Origin: an uncultured bacterium
GTDB taxonomy: Bacteria > Abyssobacteria > SURF-5
DNA length: 10,152 nucleotides
Direction of reading: 5' to 3'
Assembly (NCBI GenBank): GCA_964510165.1
Contig: CAZEBC010000100.1
Span: forward strand, 3,869 to 14,020
Position numbers and translations under genes: made by a program. This document shows positions 1-6,113 of this stretch, one piece after another. Each line of letters begins with the position of its first letter. The first letter of the stretch is position 1. Below the pieces are notes generated by a model that was given only the letters and a program-made list of their open reading frames with translations, made no database searches and was not told the origin of the DNA.

Positions 1-110
1 GCAACTCCTCGTTCGTCGTCTCCAGTTCCTCGTTGGCCGATTGCAACTCCTCGTTCGTCGTCTCCAGTTCCTCGTTGGCCGATTGCAACTCCTCGTTGGC
101 GGTTTCCAGT
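1..110. repeat. In-frame 42-bp tandem repeat (2 identical copies plus a degenerate third) encoding coiled-coil heptads of the CheR protein
   Basis: 1-42 and 43-84 are identical (gcaactcctcgttcgtcgtctccagttcctcgttggccgatt). The copy starting at 85 matches for 13 nt, diverges, then matches again. The unit encodes 14 aa (QSANEELETTNEEL). Confidence 0.9.
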
Positions 111-1387
111 TCCTGATTCATCCGCGCAAGGTCACTTTCCAATCGCTTGCAGTGCGTCTGATCCGTGAACGTTAGCAAGACCCCGGTCATATCGGATTCG
201 TCGCCAAGAATGGGCGTTACATAAATATCCAGGAATTGGTTGGGCGCGTCGGGCGCCTGCCGTTCCACTTCTCTGAGCACAACCGGCTTCCCTGAGGAAA
301 CGGCCTCCTCGATGAGTTTGCGCAGGTCGATCGGCCTGTAGGAGATGCTGAGATCACAAAAGGGGCGGCCTACGTCGCGAACGTCAATTTCCAGCGATTT
401 CGTTGCCTCCCTATTTGCCGCCCGCAAAGTCCCGCTTCTATCCAATACCAATTGAGCCACCGGCGACGCATCGAAAGCCGCCTCGCTCAATTGCAGCTTC
501 TTGAGCGTCTGGCCAACCAGAACGTCCGTGCCGACAGCCGCCATGACGGTCTGCTCCCGCAGAGCATGGGATACCTTCCGGAAAATCCGCCGCTTCAGGT
601 CAATCGGCTGAAACAAGTGCACGCGCGACAGCATCGTCTCCGCTTTCCCGAGGAACAGCACCCCATCATTGTTCAGCGCGAAGTGGAACCGTGCCACAAT
701 CCGGTTCTGCGTTTCGGCGTTGAAATACATCAAAGTGTTGCGGCATACAAGCAGGTCCAGCCGCGAGATCGGCGCGTTCTGAACGACGTTGTTGACGCCG
801 AAAATCACGCACCGACGCAGTTCCTTCGAGAGCACATACTTGTCTCCGGCCGGTTCGAAATACTTCTTCCTCAGTTCTGGAGGAACAGACTCGATATTCT
901 CGGCCGTATACACGCCGTGCCGCGCGTGCGCAAGGGCTTCCTCGTCAACGTCCGTGGCGTAAATCTTGATGCGGTTCCCGGGCTTTTCCAGCGCCTCGGC
1001 CAGCACCATGGCGATCGTATAGGCTTCCTCTCCCGACGCGCACCCGACGCTCCAGCACCGGATTTGCTCGTGCGGCGATTTTCGCGCGATCAGGCCCGGA
1101 ATCACTTCCGTCGCGAGAAACTCCCACGCATCGGGGTCCCGAAAAAACTTGGTGACATTGATGAGAATGGTGTTGAAGAGATGGGTGAACTCCTCCTCCG
1201 TGACCTCGAGATAGTCCCTGTAGTCAGCAAAATTGTCTATGTTGACCGCCTGCATCCGCTTGGTGATTCGGCGCGTCAGACTGCTACGCTTGTATCCCGT
1301 GAAGTCAAACCCACGGTTCTCCTTGATGAATTCCAAAAGAGCTTCTAACCGTGGATCCCTCTTGTTCTCGTGATCGGACGGGCTCAT
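1..1387 (-). CDS. cheR: CheR-type SAM-dependent protein-glutamate methyltransferase fused to a PAS domain and a coiled coil (3'-truncated at the window edge)
   Basis: Manual translation from ATG at 1387, which overlaps the cheB stop as ATGA: MSPSDHENKRDPRLEALLEFIKENRGFDFTGYKRSSLTRRITKRM...NVTKFFRD...IRCWSVGCASGEEAYTIAM...KIYATDVDEEAL...DLLVCRNTLMYF...LFLGKAET, which are the canonical CheR motifs. A PAS-like segment follows (AFDASPVAQLVLDRSGTLRAAN...DVGRPF), then heptad repeats ELETANEELQSANEELETTNEEL in the same frame at the window edge. Absent from the ORF track because it has no stop in the window. Confidence 0.93.
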   Translation of the reverse strand, partial: MSPSDHENKRDPRLEALLEFIKENRGFDFTGYKRSSLTRRITKRMQAVNIDNFADYRDYLEVTEEEFTHLFNTILINVTKFFRDPDAWEFLATEVIPGLIARKSPHEQIRCWSVGCASGEEAYTIAMVLAEALEKPGNRIKIYATDVDEEALAHARHGVYTAENIESVPPELRKKYFEPAGDKYVLSKELRRCVIFGVNNVVQNAPISRLDLLVCRNTLMYFNAETQNRIVARFHFALNNDGVLFLGKAETMLSRVHLFQPIDLKRRIFRKVSHALREQTVMAAVGTDVLVGQTLKKLQLSEAAFDASPVAQLVLDRSGTLRAANREATKSLEIDVRDVGRPFCDLSISYRPIDLRKLIEEAVSSGKPVVLREVERQAPDAPNQFLDIYVTPILGDESDMTGVLLTFTDQTHCKRLESDLARMNQELETANEELQSANEELETTNEELQSANEELETTNEEL

Positions 1388-2004
1388 GCCGACTCTTCTT
1401 TCGTCACCAGAGTGACCAGCGCCGACGGAATATCCTCCAGAGGCAAAACGAAATCCACCGCCCCGGTCTCTATCGCGGCGCTTGGCATTCCCGAAAATTC
1501 GCTCGTCTCAGTGTCCTGCGCTATCACCGTGCCGCCCATCTTCTTGATCGCCTGCACCCCCATCGAGCCGTCACGTCCCGAGCCTGTGAGCACCACTGCA
1601 ATCGCTCGATCCTTGTGCGTGCCCGCTACCGACTCGAACAGGAGGTCAGCCGATGGTCGCACGAAATGCACGAGTTCCGACTGCGTGAGCGACAGCGTAT
1701 CGTCGGGATTCACGAGAAGGTGCCGATTCGGCGGGGCGATGTGGACCGTGCCCGGCTCCAGCCTGTCGCCTTCTTCCGCCTGCTTCACCCGCAAAGGCGT
1801 GTGTCGGCTGAGAATATCGGCCATCAGGCTGCGATGGCGGGGGTCGAGGTGTTGAACGACCACAATGGAGGCCGGGAAATCCACTGGAAGCATCGACAGA
1901 ATCTGGTCCAGCGCCTTCAGTCCCCCTGCCGATGACGCGATTGCAATTATGTCGAAAGCGGAATTCACAGGCAACTTCTCGATATCCCCCTTGCGCTCGA
2001 CCAT
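1384..2004 (-). CDS. cheB: Stand-alone CheB-type protein-glutamate methylesterase (no receiver domain)
   Basis: 206 aa with IAIASSAGG (catalytic Ser), VVQH (His), LTGSGRDG (Asp), RPSADLLFES and IAQD..TSEFSGMP motifs. Too short to contain a REC domain. Confidence 0.95.
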   Translation of the reverse strand: MVERKGDIEKLPVNSAFDIIAIASSAGGLKALDQILSMLPVDFPASIVVVQHLDPRHRSLMADILSRHTPLRVKQAEEGDRLEPGTVHIAPPNRHLLVNPDDTLSLTQSELVHFVRPSADLLFESVAGTHKDRAIAVVLTGSGRDGSMGVQAIKKMGGTVIAQDTETSEFSGMPSAAIETGAVDFVLPLEDIPSALVTLVTKEESA

Positions 2005-2142
2005 AATCTTCGGCTCTGGCCGAGTCCGTCATTGAGGTGTGTGCGGAAAGCTGTCTACGGCGGGATACAAAGAGTCCAGGCTCGAATCGCAGTAGTGAAT
2101 CGCACCTCATTGAGGGAATCGGCCGCCGCCCCCTTTCGTCAC

Positions 2143-2171
2143 ATTCTATCACAAGAACGCCAGAAAGGCGA
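2143..2171 (-). promoter_or_regulatory. Putative extended -10 sigma70 promoter for cheB-cheR
   Basis: Minus strand TG-A-TAGAAT (2151-2143) with a weak -35 TCGCCT 17 bp upstream (2171-2166). Confidence 0.45.
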
Positions 2172-2210
2172 GATGAGGGTCCCGTAAATTGTGTGCGTTT
2201 CTTGCCGGCC

Positions 2211-3332
2211 TCACTTCAGCATTTCGAGGAAGGCCTGGACGCGGGTACTGATCTGGCCGGAGGCGATGGTGGAGTATTCGCGTTCGAGGTCGAGCACGGG
2301 AACGCCCCCGCCTCGCAATTGCTCACTCATCAACTTGCGGAAGCCGGCCCAGTGGTCGCAGAATTTCAGGCGCGCGCAGACGATTCCTTGAACGTTCCAG
2401 TCGCGGATGGTGTCCTTGAGGAGATTATAGCTATGGTCAAAACCGTCTATGATGGAGGGGCAGGCGACGCGGCCCGTATAGCGGGCGGCGATTGCACGGA
2501 GCGGCGAGGCGGCGGCGTCATCGATGATCCCTTGATAATGGCGAGAGCCGAAACAGAGGGCGTCGGCGACGATTCGCGCGCCCTTGCTCTCGATGAAGCC
2601 GACGAAGTCGGGCGAGTCGCATCCGCCCCCGAGCAGCATGAGGCGCGGCAGGCTTCCATCATCGAGCACGCGTCGTTCGAGCGACGGCAGCAGGGCCTCG
2701 AGCTTTTCGGTGAACCGTTCCCTGGGCATGGACATTCCGGCGACGGCGACTTGCAGGTATTCTGCGCCGCTGAGGCGAGGCGGGTCGCTCTTGCGGAGGT
2801 CGTTGAGGCGCGCCATAAGTTGGCGGGTGTGATTGTTGAGCGCGATGGAATTGCGCAGGGATTGTTCGGTTATCTTCGTCCCGAAGGCCGTTTCGATGGC
2901 GCGAATCAGCTTCTCCATCTCCATCGTGAACCATTCTTCGGAGAATTCTCCCAAGGTGTGATACATGGAGAAGTAATGCGCGAGCGGAAGACCCGCCTTG
3001 GCCTGGAGTTCGCCTGCGAGGCGGAGCATGTGGTCGCACGTGTTGGTAGTGACGAGGCCATCGAGGAAGCGGAGTTCCCCGCGCATGAGCATCTCGAGGA
3101 CCGAGCGCGTGTAGGAGCAGTTTATCCGATGGAGCTGCGAATCGGCGCTGGAGGTGTCTTGCAGGCCGGGGGCGCGCAGTCGGACGGAGGCAAAGCCGGC
3201 AGCATGGAGGATTTCCTCGGGGATGTTGGAGCAGACGGTTCCAACGACGCGGTTGCCGGAGCTTTTCCAGGCGCGGATTTCGGGGTTGTTGAGTTGCGAG
3301 GCGATTTCGGCGAAATATTTCAGGTGTTCCAT
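2211..3332 (-). CDS. 2-hydroxyacyl-CoA dehydratase family beta-like subunit (HgdB/FldC/BcrC-like, [4Fe-4S])
   Basis: Start moved to ATG 3332 (MEHLKYF...), which has an AGGGAG RBS and lies 10 bp after the upstream stop; 373 aa. Motifs: VGTVCSNIPEEILHAAG, INCSY, TNTCDHM, LCFGSR, KFCDHW, LDLEREY, GQISTRVQAFLEML. Confidence 0.9.
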   Translation of the reverse strand: MEHLKYFAEIASQLNNPEIRAWKSSGNRVVGTVCSNIPEEILHAAGFASVRLRAPGLQDTSSADSQLHRINCSYTRSVLEMLMRGELRFLDGLVTTNTCDHMLRLAGELQAKAGLPLAHYFSMYHTLGEFSEEWFTMEMEKLIRAIETAFGTKITEQSLRNSIALNNHTRQLMARLNDLRKSDPPRLSGAEYLQVAVAGMSMPRERFTEKLEALLPSLERRVLDDGSLPRLMLLGGGCDSPDFVGFIESKGARIVADALCFGSRHYQGIIDDAAASPLRAIAARYTGRVACPSIIDGFDHSYNLLKDTIRDWNVQGIVCARLKFCDHWAGFRKLMSEQLRGGGVPVLDLEREYSTIASGQISTRVQAFLEMLK

Positions 3333-3342
3333 GCCGGTCTCC

Positions 3343-4635
3343 CTACGCCATGACGGTCGTGAAGAATTCCTCGAGTTGGGTGCGCATGAGTTCGGGCGGC
3401 AGCACCCGGTCGTCATTGTAATCGAATTCAAGGAACAGCACGGGAATATCGCGTTTGCGGCAGACCTCGCGGATGAGGCCCCGGGCTCCGCAGATGCTGT
3501 TGCAGCCGATATGCTGGGTGACGATCATGCAGTCGCAGCGGTAATGGTCGTAGGCATGCAGCGAGAAGTTGATCAGTTTCTCGGTGTCGAACCGCATGAG
3601 CGACATGGTCATGTCGAGTCCCTGCCAGGCGACCCCCTCGAGCATGGAGTCGAGGCTCGACGTGTCGATCGGCTCAAGAATGGCGGTGCTGGAGAGCGAG
3701 TTCATGACCACCATCGCTCCAAGCTGTTGCTCCATCCAGTTGAAGAGCTCGGCGTCGTACGTGGGGGGTACGTGCACCCAGAGCACGCGGTGCTTCTCCG
3801 GAAATGGACCCTGTGTCCGGCCTTCCCTGACGCGGCGGGCGGCGTCCTCGCTGACGATCTTGAGCGTCTCGGTCAGCCTCGGGTGGCCGGCGCCCGCAAT
3901 GTAGCTTCCGTAGGGGACGATCCTGAGCAGCCCCGGATGCGGCGCCGGTCTCGCCGTGTAGGTGTCGTGTATCTCGGTGAGGAGTTCGTACGCCTTGTTC
4001 GATTCGATCACGGTTTCGCGGAAGCGGTCGATGTCGAATTTCCTGCCGGTGACCTGCTCGAGGAACGGGATGAGCCGGTCCTTCAACTGACGCGCGTAAT
4101 AGCGGACGGCCTCCTTGTCGTATCGGAACGGAGCATCGAGGTAGAGCATCGGGCACTCGAGCAGTTTATGAAGGATCGGATACGCGATGCGGGTGCCGTC
4201 GCACGGCGAGCACGAGGTGACGAAGAACGAATTGGTCGGCAATTCTCCGCTCAGGGCCGCGCCGATGATGAAGCGGTCGGTTGAGCACACGTCAGAGGGC
4301 ACGCCCGCTTCCTCCGCGCGTTCCAGAAACTCATAGACCACGTTCATGTTGGTTCGCGTGAAGAACGACGGATAGAATTCGAGGCAAAGCGGCCCGCACT
4401 CGAACGCATAGAAAAGCTGGGGCACAAGCCCGAACTCAAACAGCGCGACCTTGCGGCTCTTGTCGCGCATGGCCTCGGCGACCCATTCATAGTGCTCCGA
4501 ATTGTAGTCGATAAGCGCCGAGTACAGGTGAGCGTAGTCCTCGTATGGCGGCATCGGGTTCTCCCGCCAGAACTGCGCCATCGGCCTCATGAGGCCGGTT
4601 ACTATTTCCATTGTGCGGCCAAAAGGCTCCGACAT
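3343..4635 (-). CDS. 2-hydroxyacyl-CoA dehydratase family alpha-like subunit (HgdA/FldB/BcrB-like, [4Fe-4S])
   Basis: 430 aa with an AGAGGAG RBS. Candidate cluster ligands are in DVCS, SPCDG and HIGC. Also LEQVTGRKFDIDRFRE and a C-terminal IPVLFLEFDYNDDR...TQLEEFF, typical of the HGD-D family. Confidence 0.9.
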   Translation of the reverse strand: MSEPFGRTMEIVTGLMRPMAQFWRENPMPPYEDYAHLYSALIDYNSEHYEWVAEAMRDKSRKVALFEFGLVPQLFYAFECGPLCLEFYPSFFTRTNMNVVYEFLERAEEAGVPSDVCSTDRFIIGAALSGELPTNSFFVTSCSPCDGTRIAYPILHKLLECPMLYLDAPFRYDKEAVRYYARQLKDRLIPFLEQVTGRKFDIDRFRETVIESNKAYELLTEIHDTYTARPAPHPGLLRIVPYGSYIAGAGHPRLTETLKIVSEDAARRVREGRTQGPFPEKHRVLWVHVPPTYDAELFNWMEQQLGAMVVMNSLSSTAILEPIDTSSLDSMLEGVAWQGLDMTMSLMRFDTEKLINFSLHAYDHYRCDCMIVTQHIGCNSICGARGLIREVCRKRDIPVLFLEFDYNDDRVLPPELMRTQLEEFFTTVMA

Positions 4636-4684
4636 GAATCCGTCTCCTCTGCGTGAAGCTTTGCTGATCGTTTCCCGCCACCGG

Positions 4685-4714
4685 AGTATATGACATCGGA
4701 CGGGTCTTTGTCCA
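4685..4714 (-). promoter_or_regulatory. Putative sigma70 promoter for the dehydratase pair
   Basis: Minus strand TGGACA (4714-4709), 18-bp spacer, TATACT (4690-4685), about 50 bp upstream of the ATG at 4635. Confidence 0.5.
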
Positions 4715-4746
4715 GCGCGCGATTGGGAGAGCCGGCGCCAGTGTGG

Positions 4747-5625
4747 TCAAGAGCCCGTGAGTCGGATGTAGGTAGCCTCGGGAGGGCAGAGGAATCGGAA
4801 TTCGGTCCATTTGCCCGTTCCGATGCCTCTGCTTATGTGGAACAGCGTGCCGTCCACCTCGAAGAGGCCCGATGCGTATTTTCGGGCAAGGCTGGAGCGG
4901 GTGATGACGGGGCCGAAGAGCGGGAGGCGGACCTGCCCGCCATGCGAATGGCCGGCAAAAACCACGTTGACGCCGAGGGCGGCCATGTCGCGGGGGTCCT
5001 CCACCGTGTGGGAGAGGAGGACCTTGAAGGCGTTGGGCGGCGCGTCATCGAGCGCCTTGTCGAAATCGGCGAGTCCGACGAACAGGTCGTCCACGCCCGC
5101 CATCCAAAGCTCCGCATCGGCAGACCCTATTGCGGCAAGCGACACCCGCCACGCCGCATTATGAAGGCAGACGATGCCGGCAGCCTCAAGTTCGCGTTTG
5201 AGCCGGTCAAAATCATTGGGCCTGCCCTTGCGATACCCCCCGATGGAGAGGTCCTTGACGACGTTCCAGAAGCGGGTGTCCCAGTGGTCGTGTGCGCCGA
5301 ACACGGCGAACACGCCGAGTGTGGTCTGAAACCCCTTGAGCGCATTGACACAGTGCTCGATCCCCGAATTGTCATCGATCAGGTCGCCGGTCGCGACGAC
5401 CATATCGACCGGGGTCTTGTGGAGATCTTGGAGGAACCTGAGCCTGAAATGGTCGCCCTCCCCGAAATGGAAATCTGAAACGTGAAGGATGGTCAATGGA
5501 CGGGGGAGAGGCCCTTTCGCGCTCATGTTCACACGGTTTATCTGGAACCTGCGGGTTTCGATGAAAAGCGAGTAGACCGCGACGCCGGCCAGAACCACGA
5601 GAGTTATGGATAGTAATGCAAACAT
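4747..5625 (-). CDS. Calcineurin-like metallophosphoesterase (YkuE/YaeI-like) with an N-terminal membrane anchor
   Basis: Motifs: ILHVSDFH, ATGDLID, FGAHD (normally GNHD), LLSH, FAGHSHGGQVRLP, ISRGIG, RFLCPPE. Hydrophobic N-terminus MFALLSITLVVLAGVAVYSLFIE. ATG 5625 is preferred over the track start 5667 because the extension overlaps a palindromic element. Confidence 0.88.
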   Translation of the reverse strand: MFALLSITLVVLAGVAVYSLFIETRRFQINRVNMSAKGPLPRPLTILHVSDFHFGEGDHFRLRFLQDLHKTPVDMVVATGDLIDDNSGIEHCVNALKGFQTTLGVFAVFGAHDHWDTRFWNVVKDLSIGGYRKGRPNDFDRLKRELEAAGIVCLHNAAWRVSLAAIGSADAELWMAGVDDLFVGLADFDKALDDAPPNAFKVLLSHTVEDPRDMAALGVNVVFAGHSHGGQVRLPLFGPVITRSSLARKYASGLFEVDGTLFHISRGIGTGKWTEFRFLCPPEATYIRLTGS

Positions 5626-5642
5626 AGCGATGTTTTTCGCCT

Positions 5643-5665
5643 GGGCGCACGCCGTGTGCCCCGAC
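5643..5665 (-). repeat. REP-like imperfect palindrome
   Basis: Plus strand gggcgcac-gcc-gtgtgccc hairpin. The minus strand reads GTCG-GGGCACACGGCGTGCGCCC, resembling GTAG-foot REP architecture. Confidence 0.45.
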
Positions 5666-5689
5666 AATGTCCTGGCGATTGCGGGAACC

Positions 5690-5705
5690 GCGCAGCATGC
5701 TGCGC
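5690..5705. repeat. Perfect 16-bp palindrome (REP-core-like or operator)
   Basis: gcgcagcatgctgcgc is its own reverse complement. Confidence 0.55.
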
Positions 5706-5740
5706 CAAGAACTCTATTCCGGTTGCGAGAAAACTATGGT

Positions 5741-5770
5741 TGTATATCATGGCGGCGCATGGATAGTCAA
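5741..5770 (-). promoter_or_regulatory. Possible sigma70 promoter for the metallophosphoesterase gene
   Basis: Minus strand TTGACT (5770-5765), 18-bp spacer ending in TG-A, then TATACA (5746-5741). The -10 lacks the conserved final T. Confidence 0.35.
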
Positions 5771-5814
5771 TAGGGGCCGTGAGCGCGGTGCGTCCCTGGG
5801 ATTACAGCATTGTT

Positions 5815-5843
5815 TTGACTAACTGGGGCGGTCGTGGTAAAAT
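5815..5843 (+). promoter_or_regulatory. Near-consensus sigma70 promoter
   Basis: TTGACT (5815-5820), 17-bp spacer, TAAAAT (5838-5843), with extended -10 TG at 5835-5836. Confidence 0.7.
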
Positions 5844-5999
5844 ATGCTCATCATCATAGAACCGCCGCGCCGTGCCGTGCAATTCAAGAATTCATCTCAG
5901 GCTGCGCGACGCAATTCATTCACACTCGCCGAATCGCCGCCTTGCTCGAGCGAGAGCGGCATTGAGATAATCGCCACTACGAAGCGTCCAGAGCAGTTT

Positions 6000-6027
6000 G
6001 CAGGGACGGTTCGCGAACCGCCCTTAT
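6000..6027 (+). repeat. REP-like palindrome (degenerate GTAG type)
   Basis: gcagggacggttcgcgaaccgcccttat: perfect 14-bp core cggttcgcgaaccg (6007-6020) flanked by aggg...ccct, with a GCAG foot. Confidence 0.5.
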
Positions 6028-6113
6028 AGCAAACCGAAGCCCCTCACCCTGCCCTCTCCCGGTAGGAAACGGTCGGGGTAAGGGAAAGCAAACGACCGAA
6101 AAGGAGTAAGGCG

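Noticed and set aside
1..110. 42-bp direct repeats as a CRISPR array
   Set aside because: The copies are contiguous with no spacers and are in frame within a coding coiled coil.
452..1348. 298-aa plus-strand ORF (also 1351-1935 and 1370-1855)
   Set aside because: Antisense shadows of cheR and cheB with no recognisable motifs. Long shadow ORFs are expected in GC-rich DNA.
3333..3431. N-terminal extension of the beta-like subunit in the ORF track
   Set aside because: It overlaps the upstream gene by about 90 bp, whereas ATG 3332 has a good RBS and gives a family-typical length.
2211..4635. Specific assignment as benzoyl-CoA reductase bcrBC or hgdAB
   Set aside because: Family motifs are shared across subfamilies, and no bcrAD or pathway genes are adjacent to discriminate between them.
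2037..5478. Long plus-strand ORFs 2037-3353, 3154-4284 and 4690-5478
   Set aside because: They mirror the dehydratase subunits and the phosphoesterase on the opposite strand and lack family motifs.
5844..6029. 61-aa ORF as a leader peptide
   Set aside because: Its ATG directly abuts the -10 box, upstream of the expected TSS, and has no RBS. It also runs through a REP-like palindrome.
6025..6110. c-di-GMP-I riboswitch suggested by GCAAAC and GAAA elements
   Set aside because: The GGCAAACC..GAAA..GGGACGCAAAGC architecture is not present in the right order or spacing.
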